Part shown: piece by piece, positions 48,098-57,533 of the stretch
Numbering within the stretch: position 1 is the first letter of the stretch
Layout of the letters: each line of letters begins with the position of its first letter
DNA from: Candidatus Bipolaricaulota bacterium
GTDB taxonomy: Bacteria; Bipolaricaulota; Bipolaricaulia; UBA7950; UBA9294
Length of the DNA: 64,000 nt
Reading direction: 5' to 3'
Assembly (NCBI GenBank): GCA_040752575.1
Contig: JBFMGK010000043.1
Location: forward strand, 23,142-87,141
Translations under genes and position numbers: made by a program
The notes under the pieces: generated by a model
Database searches by the model: none
Seen by the model: only the letters and a program-made list of their open reading frames with translations
What the model was told of the DNA's origin: nothing

Positions 48098-50449
48098 ATG
48101 AACGCAAGAACGTGGCGATGGGGAGTGGCGGTTCTGCTCCTCGTGTCGCTCGCTGGGACCGCCTGGGCCCAGGGCGTCGCGCCGAAGGGCATTCTGCCGA
48201 CGCCGCCAGAGAGCACCGAGCTGCAGGTGGCCGTGTGGGTCGACCGCGGTGCCTACGCCGTCGGCGAATCGATCACGATTCACTTCAGCGTCAACAAGGC
48301 CGCGTACGTCTACATTTGGGACATCACACCGGACGGGCAGGCGAACCAGATCTTCCCGAACTCGCAGCCCGGCGGAGCGGACAACTACGTCCAAGCCGGC
48401 GAGCACATCGTGCCGGGAAACTGGCAAGTCGCGCCGCCGCTCGGCACGGAGTACCTGCAGATCCTGGCGACGACCTCTGCCGTCGATCCATTCGCGTTTT
48501 TCACCGGCGACCCCGAGGCGTTTCAGGACCTTCTCGAGGTCCAGATCCTCGGCATCCTCCCCGTGACGGAGCGGAGCTGGAACTTCACGAGCTTCGAGAT
48601 CGTCCAAGGAGCGGCGCCCACCTACGGCAAGCTCGACGTCAACTCGGCCCCGTCCGGAGCCTCGGTCTACGTCGACGGCTCCTACGCGGGGTACACGCCG
48701 GCCTCGATCTATGTGCCGCAGGGATACCGGCAGATCAGCCTCGTGAAAACGGGCTACCAGACGTGGCAAGGCGCGGTGTTCGTGATTGCGGGGCGAACGC
48801 GGATCGTCAATGTCACGTTGACCGCAACGACGCCGCCGAACCAGCTGCCCGTAGCGTCCTTCACGTACTCGCCGACCAACCCCGCGGTGGGAGAGTGGGT
48901 GCAGTTCAGCGCTGCAGCGTCCTATGACCCTGACGGAAGCATCGCTTCGACGGCGTGGAACTTCGGCGATGGGACCACGGGATCGGGCTCGCCGGCATGG
49001 CACCGCTTCATGGCCGCGGGGAACTACTCCGTGACCCTGACGGTGACCGACAATCGCGGAGCCACGGCAACGACAAGTCAGGTGGTGCGCGTCGGCCCGA
49101 CCAACGCATCTCCCGTGGCTTCGTTCACCCACGACCCTGCAAGTGCCGCACCAGGTGCCTGGTTTCAGTTTGACGGCTCGGCATCGGCCGATCCCGACGG
49201 GACCATCGCTTCGTATGCCTGGAACTTCGGAGATGGAACGACCGGCACCGGCGCCGTCGCCTGGCATCGGTTCCTCGTCGCAGGCACCTACGTGGTCACG
49301 CTGACCGTAACCGACAACCTGGGCGCCCAGAGCACGACGTCGAGATCTGTCATCATCGCATCGGCCAATCAGCCGCCGACGGCCGTGTTCTCCGTTTTGC
49401 CGCCGGCTCCAACGGTCGGTGCATGGGTACGCTTCGACGCGTCGGGTTCCACGGATGCCGACGGCTCGATTGCCTCGTACCAGTGGACGTTCGGCGATGG
49501 GACGCCGGGGTCCACGGGGAGCGTCGTCTACCACCAGTTCCTGGCCGGCGGCTCCTACGTGGTCACGCTCACCGTCACCGACGATGACGGCGCATCGACG
49601 TCCGCAACGCAGACGGTGCCAGTCGGCTCGCCGCTCCAGGCTCCCGTAGCGGACTTCACCTACTCGCCCACGGCTCCGCTCGTCGGCCAGACGATCACCC
49701 TCAATGCCTCGGCGTCATACGACCCTGACGGCTCGATCGTCTCGTACCAGTGGGATCTCAACGGAGACGGGACCAACGACGCGACCGGCGCGCTCGCCGT
49801 GGTCGCCTACTCGACCGCAGGCACCGTGGCCATCCGTCTGACGGTGACCGACAACGCCGGACTCTCGACGTCCGTCACGAAGAGCGTCGTGATCGCCTTG
49901 TCGGGCGGCGGCGCCACCGGCGCTCCTCCGATGGGAACGACGCCGGGGATCTACGTCTGGGGCAGCGACGTGTGGCACGTAACGGTCAACGCCGGTGCCG
50001 GCTGGACAGCACCTCGCGGCTATCGGATCGAGCTGCGGACCGATGGAGCCTTCGCCACGGTCGCCGAAACGTGGACGGGTGGGGTCGCCCCGCTGGGCAT
50101 CATCCCAACACCGTCGACCAGCGGAAAGACGTTGTTGCTGGAGGGCTCCATCCAGACCGGGTCCGTCGACTACACGTTCACGATCCCCGGATCGACGAGC
50201 ATGTGGCTCAGCCTGAAGCTCGATCAGAACGGCGATGGAACGCTCGACCAGTCGACGAGTTTCGTTTACCTGCGGGGGCTCATGGTTCACCCGCCGGCCA
50301 ATCCATTCGTGGTGGGACTTCCTAGCGGGTCGACGGGCAGCCTCATCCCGTCGCTCAACTTCCGGATCGGAACGGCATGGTCCTACACGGAGACGACGCG
50401 GTTCGTCTTCTGGTCGACCACGATCGGAGCACTCGAGAGCGGTCTGTAG
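48098..50449 (+). CDS. Secreted DUF4384 + PEGA + 4x PKD domain protein
   Basis: VWVDRGAYAVGE..AYVYIWD..QIFPN; NSAPSGASVYVDGSYAGYTP; four SxDxDG(S/T)I..W repeats. Confidence 0.9.
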   Translation: MNARTWRWGVAVLLLVSLAGTAWAQGVAPKGILPTPPESTELQVAVWVDRGAYAVGESITIHFSVNKAAYVYIWDITPDGQANQIFPNSQPGGADNYVQAGEHIVPGNWQVAPPLGTEYLQILATTSAVDPFAFFTGDPEAFQDLLEVQILGILPVTERSWNFTSFEIVQGAAPTYGKLDVNSAPSGASVYVDGSYAGYTPASIYVPQGYRQISLVKTGYQTWQGAVFVIAGRTRIVNVTLTATTPPNQLPVASFTYSPTNPAVGEWVQFSAAASYDPDGSIASTAWNFGDGTTGSGSPAWHRFMAAGNYSVTLTVTDNRGATATTSQVVRVGPTNASPVASFTHDPASAAPGAWFQFDGSASADPDGTIASYAWNFGDGTTGTGAVAWHRFLVAGTYVVTLTVTDNLGAQSTTSRSVIIASANQPPTAVFSVLPPAPTVGAWVRFDASGSTDADGSIASYQWTFGDGTPGSTGSVVYHQFLAGGSYVVTLTVTDDDGASTSATQTVPVGSPLQAPVADFTYSPTAPLVGQTITLNASASYDPDGSIVSYQWDLNGDGTNDATGALAVVAYSTAGTVAIRLTVTDNAGLSTSVTKSVVIALSGGGATGAPPMGTTPGIYVWGSDVWHVTVNAGAGWTAPRGYRIELRTDGAFATVAETWTGGVAPLGIIPTPSTSGKTLLLEGSIQTGSVDYTFTIPGSTSMWLSLKLDQNGDGTLDQSTSFVYLRGLMVHPPANPFVVGLPSGSTGSLIPSLNFRIGTAWSYTETTRFVFWSTTIGALESGL

Positions 50450-50456
50450 ACTTCTG

Positions 50457-50498
50457 CGCGGCGGGGTGGCAGCGTAGCCCCGCCGCGTCTCTTTCTTT
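50457..50498 (+). terminator. Intrinsic terminator
   Basis: GCGCGGCGGGG...CCCCGCCGCGT stem followed by CTCTTTCTTT. Confidence 0.75.
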
Positions 50499-50538
50499 GG
50501 TTGTCCGTTCTGCTGTTCCCACGCTATCATCGCCCGCC

Positions 50539-51879
50539 ATGGACTTGCGTGCGCTTGCTGTCGATTGGCTGCTCGATCATGCGTCGGTCGAGCGGATCGG
50601 CTTCTTCGAATCGCCATCGTTCTCAGCATTCGATGCCGTGTTCGTTGACGCAACGGGCGTGCCGCGCCACTGGAGCGAGGCCGTAGCCTCGGGTCCGGAC
50701 GGCGTCCGCCGAACGGATCCTTCGCTGGACTTCGGTCTCGGGCGCACGCTTCGTCGCTGGATGACGCGTCGCCGCGAGGAGGCCGACGACCTCCTCCGCC
50801 GTCGCGGGGGCGTCTTGGTCGCTCGTCTCCTGCCGCGCGGCGAGCCGCTGGACATCGGCGGAGCGGACGCGCCGCCGGAGCGCATCGACCGCTTCAGTTG
50901 GCTGCCCAGCGTGTCCCTCGTCGATCGTCAACACCAGTTGACCTTCCCCGCAAACGGCCGCTTCGTTCCCCGGCAGGGAGACGACGTCGTCTTCGCCGGC
51001 AGCGGACGCCCGTTCGAACAGGCCCTGCGCGAACTCGAGGGACGGCTCCGCTATGCCGCAGTCTACGAGGATCTTCTCTCGACGCCGATCGAGCGCTTTG
51101 CCACCGTCTTGGCGCGAAATCGCGTCGGTCACCCGATCGCCCTCGAAGTCCCGTTCGACGACGGTCGGCTCGTTCTGTTGCCGTTCGCCGAAGGCGTCTC
51201 CCCCGTGCGCGAGGCCGACATCCTGTTGCACGCCGCGCGCGAGACGACAGGTTCGACGCGGAGCCCGCGGCCCGACTGGCTTCCCGGTTATCTTGTCCCC
51301 GGAGAGGAGGCCCTCGCCGACGAGCTCGCCGGTCTCGCGGAGCGACAGGATGCGCTGGCCGCCAAGGTCGCGGAGATCGAGGCCAAGCTGGCCGAAGCGA
51401 CACGCGTCAAGCCGGTTCTCTATGCGAAAGGCCGCACGACCTTCGGGGCCGCTGTCGCCGAGTCCTTCCGTGCGTTGGGCTTCTCGGTGGAGCCGCACGG
51501 CGAGGTGTGGCGCGTTTCGTCCGACGAGGGCGACGCGCTGGTGGCGGCCGAGGCCAGCGAGGAACCTCGCGTGGGCCGAGCGGCCTACGGAGAGCTGCTG
51601 CGGGCCCTGGAGCAGTCCATCGCCGACGGCGAGGATCCGCATAAAGGCATCCTCGTCGTGAGCGGATCGCGGGAGCTGGACCCGCGACGGCGGCCGCAGC
51701 AGTTCGCTGCCGAGGTCCTGCGCGGCGCGCAGGCACATGCCTACTGCCTTCTCACCTCGTACCAATTGTTTAAGCTGGTGGCCGGCGCGCTCGCCGAGCG
51801 AGGGAAGAAGGCATTGGCTACTTCGCGGAAGCTGCTGCTTGAAACGGACGGCGAGTTCCGAGGCGCTGGAGACGCGTGA
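50539..51879 (+). CDS. Hypothetical protein with coiled coil and degenerate restriction-endonuclease-like C-terminus
   Basis: 446-aa ORF with coding-like composition; C-terminal FRALGFSV...KGILVVSG..LLTSYQLF pattern. Confidence 0.6.
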   Translation: MDLRALAVDWLLDHASVERIGFFESPSFSAFDAVFVDATGVPRHWSEAVASGPDGVRRTDPSLDFGLGRTLRRWMTRRREEADDLLRRRGGVLVARLLPRGEPLDIGGADAPPERIDRFSWLPSVSLVDRQHQLTFPANGRFVPRQGDDVVFAGSGRPFEQALRELEGRLRYAAVYEDLLSTPIERFATVLARNRVGHPIALEVPFDDGRLVLLPFAEGVSPVREADILLHAARETTGSTRSPRPDWLPGYLVPGEEALADELAGLAERQDALAAKVAEIEAKLAEATRVKPVLYAKGRTTFGAAVAESFRALGFSVEPHGEVWRVSSDEGDALVAAEASEEPRVGRAAYGELLRALEQSIADGEDPHKGILVVSGSRELDPRRRPQQFAAEVLRGAQAHAYCLLTSYQLFKLVAGALAERGKKALATSRKLLLETDGEFRGAGDA

Positions 51880-52865
51880 TCCCCGGGCTCGCGGCCGCCC
51901 TCGCCGCCTTTGCGCTGTCGTCTGTCGGTTGCTGGACGTTCGCGCGCTGGATGAGACGCCGCCGTCTCGGCCAACCCATCCGCGAAGAGGGACCGGCGCA
52001 CCATCAGGAGAAGGCGGGGACACCGACGATGGGCGGCCTCGTCTTTCTGGCGGTCTGGTCGGCGTCGGCCGGTCTCCTCTCGCTCTGGATCCCATTCGGC
52101 AAGGAGGATGCCTTCATCCTCGTCGCAGGACTCACGATGGCCGCAATCGGTGCGCTCGACGATCTGCTCAAGCTCGTACGAAGGGATTCGCGAGGACTCA
52201 CGGGGTGGCAGAAGATCGGTCTCACCGCCGGAGCGGGCGTCGGCCTGTTCTTCGCCTATCGCGCTGCCATCCCGCTCGTCCTGCGCGTGCCCTTTGCGGC
52301 ATCCGAGGTGGCGCTGCCCGTCGCGGCCCTCGCCGCCCTCGCGGTGGTCGTTTTCCTCGCCGCCACCAACGCAGTCAACTTCACCGACGGGCTCGACGGA
52401 CTTGCCGCGGGCATCGTGATCTTGATCTTGCTCGGCTTCCTTGCGCTCGGCGGCGGAAACCCCGCCCGTCTGTTGGCGCTCGTCGGCGCGTTGTGCGGCT
52501 ACCTGTGGACAAACGCCCATCCCGCAGGCCTCATGATGGGTGACGCGGGATCGTTCGGACTTGGCGGGGTTCTCGCCGCTGTCGCGCTGAGCCGGGGAAC
52601 GGCCTTTGTCTTTCCCATCCTCGCCGGAGTCCCTGTCCTCGAGGTCCTCGCCGTGATCCTCCAGGTGGCCAGCCTCCGTCTCGTCGGCCGACGGCTATTC
52701 CGCATGAGTCCGCTCCACCATCACTTCGAGGCCTCGCCCGGCGCGGCCGCTCGCCCGCACCTTCTGCCGGCGTGCGCATGGCCCGAGTCCAAGGTCGTCG
52801 TCCGCTTCTGGCTTGCTCAAGCCGCGTTCGTCGCCCTCGCGGTCCTGGCCGCGAATGTCCTCTAG
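51876..52865 (+). CDS. mraY: Phospho-N-acetylmuramoyl-pentapeptide transferase
   Basis: KAGTPTMGG, GALDD, NAVNFTDGLDGL, MGDAGS, PLHHHFE. Confidence 0.95.
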   Translation: MIPGLAAALAAFALSSVGCWTFARWMRRRRLGQPIREEGPAHHQEKAGTPTMGGLVFLAVWSASAGLLSLWIPFGKEDAFILVAGLTMAAIGALDDLLKLVRRDSRGLTGWQKIGLTAGAGVGLFFAYRAAIPLVLRVPFAASEVALPVAALAALAVVVFLAATNAVNFTDGLDGLAAGIVILILLGFLALGGGNPARLLALVGALCGYLWTNAHPAGLMMGDAGSFGLGGVLAAVALSRGTAFVFPILAGVPVLEVLAVILQVASLRLVGRRLFRMSPLHHHFEASPGAAARPHLLPACAWPESKVVVRFWLAQAAFVALAVLAANVL

Positions 52866-52945
52866 GAAGGTCGCGAGGAGGGGAGGAATCCGGCCCCGTC
52901 GTGGAGCGCGGTCTCACGAGCCGGTCAGCGGACCCCGCTAGCCAT

Positions 52946-54313
52946 CTACCGCGGCACGGTGGTGTAGAAGCCTGCCGTCCACCGGGTGGCGGTCAGGAAA
53001 AGGTCCCAAGCTCGCTCGCCCTCATAGGCGCCCGCGAACTGCGCTTGGTAGTACACCCTGCCGTTCGTCGGCAGCGTTCGGGCGAAGGCAAAGGCGTATC
53101 CTTGAGGACTCGCCCACTCCGCAAGGAGTACGGAATCCTCTGCCAGGCCCGTCATGGCCGCGGGGCCTCCCCAGGCACATGCGGACTTCGCGACGACGTC
53201 GCCGACGTCGAGCGTCAGCGGCAGGGGCCCCCTGGACACGAGCTTCGCCTCGATGCAGTCGTCTGCATTCGCGTAGGTTGCCGCTCCAAACCAAGACGCG
53301 ATGTCTGCCACGCCAAGGTAGTACGGTGTGGCCTCCAGAAGGACGACGCCACCGCCGCCGTCCAGGTAGTCTTCCAGAATGCCCGGGTCCGGGGCGTTCA
53401 CGTGGCACACTACGACCTCGTACGGTGTCAGATCCTCCGGGGCGATGGCTGCCGTGTCGACGGAGAACCCGACGGCCTCCAGTTGCGCCTTCATGAACTC
53501 CGGCTCGATGGCGCCAATGCCATGCACGTAGAGGGCTCGAGTGTGCGATCGGGTATTCGCCGCGCCCGCCGCACGCACGGGGTCTGGGTTCACGCCTCCT
53601 CGTGACACTGCCGGAGGGAACGGGTCTCCACCAAGAAGGCCAATCGCCGTTCCTACGCCCACGAGCGCGACCATGCAGGCAAGAACGGCCGAGTTCCGGC
53701 GTCCCTTGGCGCAGACCCCGGACAGCTTCCTGAGTTCGCGAAGCGTTTCCTGCGAGAGGCGAATCAGAAGGGCGTCCCCGGCGCGTTCCGAGGACTCCGG
53801 CGCCTTGCCCTGACACACGGCGGCGAGTCTGCCCGCAACGACCAGGGGGCTCCCGCTATGACCTCGCGAGACCTGCGTGTCCGTGGTGATCCATTGTCTG
53901 CCATCGTCGGTCCGCAGCATCGTCACGTGCCCCACAACGTCTCTCTCGTTCGGCCCATCCAGAACGCGCAACGAGATGTCGTCGCCAATGCGGAGTGCAG
54001 GCGGCGTGCGCGGCAAGCAGATCGGCCGACGGGGAAGTCTGGCTTCGGGGTGGAACCGTACGACAGCGAGTTCGTCTTGCTCTGCCGCGGGGCTTCTGAC
54101 GATCTGGGGAAGGCCAAGATCGGCACCGTCTACCAACACGCGCCGGGCCTGACTGCTCGACAGTCCTGTCACAAGATGCGCGGGCACAAGGAGCGTCAGG
54201 GGGCGGCAGGCTAGAACGATGCCCACTCCGACATCGATGTGATGATTCGTGGCAATCTGAAGCCCCACGACCGAGCTGGACCTTGCGTTGGCGTTCGCAT
54301 CTCGCGAGCTCAT
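52946..54313 (-). CDS. Trypsin-like serine protease + TM helix + GATase/ThuA-like domain
   Basis: PAHLV (H), DELAVV (D), GHSGSPL (S); TM AVLACMVALVGVGTAIGLL; C-domain YEVVV..LEDYLDGGGGVVLL; RBS AGAGGA. Confidence 0.75.
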   Translation of the reverse strand: MSSRDANANARSSSVVGLQIATNHHIDVGVGIVLACRPLTLLVPAHLVTGLSSSQARRVLVDGADLGLPQIVRSPAAEQDELAVVRFHPEARLPRRPICLPRTPPALRIGDDISLRVLDGPNERDVVGHVTMLRTDDGRQWITTDTQVSRGHSGSPLVVAGRLAAVCQGKAPESSERAGDALLIRLSQETLRELRKLSGVCAKGRRNSAVLACMVALVGVGTAIGLLGGDPFPPAVSRGGVNPDPVRAAGAANTRSHTRALYVHGIGAIEPEFMKAQLEAVGFSVDTAAIAPEDLTPYEVVVCHVNAPDPGILEDYLDGGGGVVLLEATPYYLGVADIASWFGAATYANADDCIEAKLVSRGPLPLTLDVGDVVAKSACAWGGPAAMTGLAEDSVLLAEWASPQGYAFAFARTLPTNGRVYYQAQFAGAYEGERAWDLFLTATRWTAGFYTTVPR

Positions 54314-54798
54314 GATCGTCCTCTTGCGGTGCAGCAAGTCCCGATCCAGCGCCGCGAGATGCCTGGGGACGGCGCAGAGCACCGACCAAGTTGAGGTCCC
54401 CGTGCGCACCCCGGCGCGATCACGAACGAGAGACGGTCGGCGATCCACGTGAGATCCTGAGCCGACTCCACCCCGCGCAACTGGCCTCCGTCGCCGACGA
54501 CTCGCGTGCCGAACCCTCCACTGCCCGGTAGTAGACGACAGGGGCGGTCTTCTTGTCAAGAGCCCCTTCGGCGGAACGACGTCATGGAAGGCAACGTGTT
54601 GGACCCTCGCCATGCGACGGGCCCCCTGTTCTTCGGTTCCCCCTAGTGGACTACTTCCAAGCTCAGTTCGAGAATAGTCCACCCGAGTGGCCGAGCGCCA
54701 CCTCGGCTCAAGTTGGTAGGCGGTCTGCGGTCGGGGAGTTGCCAGCTCGCACTCTGTTGAGCATGACTCCTGCGAGCTCGGTTCGAGTATCCATGTCA

Positions 54799-54846
54799 CT
54801 TCGCGTCGAATGTCAGAATTGACGCGAGGTGCATGGAGAGTAGAAT
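54799..54846 (+). promoter_or_regulatory. Putative cas operon promoter with overlapping inverted repeat
   Basis: TTGACG (54819)-N16-TAGAAT (54841); TCGCGTC-N13-GACGCGA overlaps the -35 box. Confidence 0.65.
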
Positions 54847-54868
54847 ACGAATAGCTAGTGGTCAGTTC

Positions 54869-57523
54869 ATGGCTAAATACCGTCTTGGCGAACCGATGAG
54901 GACGCTCTGGGCGAAGAGCGATGGTCGCTCGCTTCTTGCTCACATGCTCGACGTGGCAGCTGCTGCATCCGCTATTCTGGATCGAGAGCCTCTCAGAACA
55001 TGTGACCTCTACGCTGCGGATCTTTGTCTGTCTCGCGATCAGGCACGCCGCTGGGTGTGCGCGCTCGCGGGCCTTCATGATCTCGGCAAGGCCAGCCCAG
55101 GATTCCAGCAGCTCTGGGCGCCCGGCGCGGCTCGTGTCCGCGAGGCAGGCCTCACATGGTGCGATCGCAACCCGCCCAGCCCCATTCCACACGGCCTTGT
55201 GACTCAGCGTGTGCTTGAGGATCTCCTGCGCGAACGGGGTTGGGAATCACGAGCGGCTCAACACGCAGCCGATGCGGTCGCAGCACATCACGGGTTCCGG
55301 ATGACTGCAGATTCCTTACGGATCGGCGTACGCGAGGAGGGCCTTGGTCCCTGGATAGCAGCGCGTGCCGAGCTCGTGGGCGCTGTCCTCGAGGCGCTTG
55401 ATGTCGGAGCCCCACCGGCGATTCGCCGACTTGACGGAAGGGCGCACGCGCGACTGGCAGGTCTGGCCAGTTTCGCTGATTGGATCGGCTCCAGCTTCCC
55501 GCCTGCATCCCTCGGCGACGACCTGGACGAATACCTGGGCAAAGCTTTGGCGCAGGCAGCAACAACCCTGGACAGCATTGGCTGGCACTCCCGCGCGCCG
55601 CTCGTGGGAGCGTGCACAACACCCGCGAGCCTCTTCGCGTATCTGGGAAAGCCCAGCGAGCCCTTTGTCCCGCGGCCACTCCAGACAAGCGTGGGGGAAC
55701 TGCTTCGCGACACTGAGGTGCCGTCTCTTTTCCTGATCGAAGCACCGACGGGGGAGGGCAAGACTGAAGCAGCGTTCCACGCTCATGTGCAGTTGCAGGC
55801 CACAGTCGGCCATCGCGGGATGTATGTGGCTCTGCCCACTCAGGCGACGGGAAACATGATGTTCGACCGCACGCGGACGTTCCTCGAGCACGTTGCGCCC
55901 GGCCGCTTGCTGGACCTGCAGCTTCTTCACGGTGCAGCGCTCCTTGCTGACAGCTTCGAATCCATAGTCGTCCGTGGAAACGTGCAGGACAGCGCCACAG
56001 AGTCTGTCGCGGCGGCAGAGTGGTTCACGCACAAGAAGCGCGCTCTTCTCTCGGAGTACGGTGTCGGCACGGTAGATCAGGCGCTCTTGGGCACCCTGAA
56101 CGTGAAGCATTACTTCGTTCGGCTGTGGGGCCTCGCCAACCGCACCGTGATCATCGACGAAGTGCATGCGTACGATACCTATACGTCAGGCCTCGTTACT
56201 GCATTGGTCCGATGGCTCCACGCGCTCGGATCCTCGGTGATCGTGATGAGCGCAACCCTCCCCGCGAGCAAGAGGCAGGAACTGCTGACGGCGTTCGGGG
56301 CCTCAACCGTTCCAGAGTCGCCGTACCCACGCGTCACGCAGGTTAGCTCTGGCGTCTGCCGGGTTCGCCACTTTGCATCAAGACCGCGAATGCGCGTTGC
56401 TCTGCGGGCCGCACGACCGGAGATCCAAGAAGTGAGTGCACTGCTCATTCGGTTGGCGGAGCCTGGCGGCTGCGTCGCATGCATCGTCAACACCGTCCAG
56501 CGCGCCCAGGACCTCTTCAAGGCGCTTCAGCCTGCCGGACTCCCCATTTGGCTTTTCCACGCGAGGTACCCCGTCGGTCAACGGCTCCTGATCGAGAGAG
56601 AAGTCACGAGCCTGTTTGGAAAGGGTTCCGCAGGTCGACCCCAACGAGCGATTCTTGTTGCCACCCAGGTCGTAGAGCAGAGTCTTGACCTGGACTTCGA
56701 TGCTATGGTGACTGACCTCGCGCCTGTTGACCTACTTCTGCAGCGAGCCGGTCGTCTCCATCGGCACGCGCGGCCAGTGGAGACCCGCCACGGGCACGCG
56801 CTCCCCGTCCTCCACGTGGCCGGCCTAGGGCAAGGTGGAGAGCTTCCCGAGCTTGGCGCCCCGCACTACTTCGATAGGGTCTACCAACCCTACATCCTTC
56901 TGCGCACATGGGCAGCGCTACAGCATGCGTCTGCCATCGAGTCGCCCGAACACGGCGATGCGTTAGTGCAGCTAGTCTACGGCGAAGCGGCACTGGAACG
57001 CGAGCTCCCCTACCACGTTCAGCAGGCCTTCGCTAAGGCCAAGGAGGCCTTGCTGGAGAACGTGCGAGACGATGAGGCGGATGCGCGTGCAGTGTCTATA
57101 GGCAATCCCGACGACGGGACTTGGGAGAAGGTTCGCGCTCTTAGGCGGCAGGAGAGCGATGAGCCTGGTGTTCTGCTTCCCGTACTGACTCGGAAGGGTA
57201 CGGAGAGCGTGAAGGCTGTACCGCTCTTTGTGATCAACGGCGGACTTGCTCTTGCGCGTAGCGGAGCGGGCCCAGTAAGACTGGATAAGGCTCCCGGGCC
57301 TGCCGAAACCCGACAGGTTGCCCTCCATGCAGTAGCACTCAGCCGCACCGAGGTCGTTCGTGGGCTGACGGCTGGCGGTCCGCGCCGAGATGCCTGGGAG
57401 GAGTCAACTATTCTAAGGGATTGCTACCCACTCATCATGGATGGAGTGCAGAATGTTTTCGGGAGGACGCGGGTCGACTGCGACCCCGAGCTAGGCATCG
57501 TGTATGAGAGAACAGGCGGCTGA
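54869..57523 (+). CDS. cas3: CRISPR-associated HD nuclease/helicase Cas3
   Basis: LAHMLD, HDLGKASPGFQ, HHG, ADWIGS; APTGEGKTE, DEVH, SAT, QRAGRLHRH. Confidence 0.97.
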   Translation: MAKYRLGEPMRTLWAKSDGRSLLAHMLDVAAAASAILDREPLRTCDLYAADLCLSRDQARRWVCALAGLHDLGKASPGFQQLWAPGAARVREAGLTWCDRNPPSPIPHGLVTQRVLEDLLRERGWESRAAQHAADAVAAHHGFRMTADSLRIGVREEGLGPWIAARAELVGAVLEALDVGAPPAIRRLDGRAHARLAGLASFADWIGSSFPPASLGDDLDEYLGKALAQAATTLDSIGWHSRAPLVGACTTPASLFAYLGKPSEPFVPRPLQTSVGELLRDTEVPSLFLIEAPTGEGKTEAAFHAHVQLQATVGHRGMYVALPTQATGNMMFDRTRTFLEHVAPGRLLDLQLLHGAALLADSFESIVVRGNVQDSATESVAAAEWFTHKKRALLSEYGVGTVDQALLGTLNVKHYFVRLWGLANRTVIIDEVHAYDTYTSGLVTALVRWLHALGSSVIVMSATLPASKRQELLTAFGASTVPESPYPRVTQVSSGVCRVRHFASRPRMRVALRAARPEIQEVSALLIRLAEPGGCVACIVNTVQRAQDLFKALQPAGLPIWLFHARYPVGQRLLIEREVTSLFGKGSAGRPQRAILVATQVVEQSLDLDFDAMVTDLAPVDLLLQRAGRLHRHARPVETRHGHALPVLHVAGLGQGGELPELGAPHYFDRVYQPYILLRTWAALQHASAIESPEHGDALVQLVYGEAALERELPYHVQQAFAKAKEALLENVRDDEADARAVSIGNPDDGTWEKVRALRRQESDEPGVLLPVLTRKGTESVKAVPLFVINGGLALARSGAGPVRLDKAPGPAETRQVALHAVALSRTEVVRGLTAGGPRRDAWEESTILRDCYPLIMDGVQNVFGRTRVDCDPELGIVYERTGG

Positions 57524-57533
57524 GGAGGCAGCA

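Noticed and set aside
54633..54654. Degenerate CRISPR repeat / CreTA-like mini-array (minus strand GTAGTCC..GGGGGAACCG)
   Set aside because: Only the ends resemble the repeat, no second repeat at spacer distance, and no promoter match was seen.
54314..55192. N-terminal extension of the 748-aa ORF
   Set aside because: Overlaps cas3 antisense and is not protein-like; a good RBS and ATG exist at 54313.
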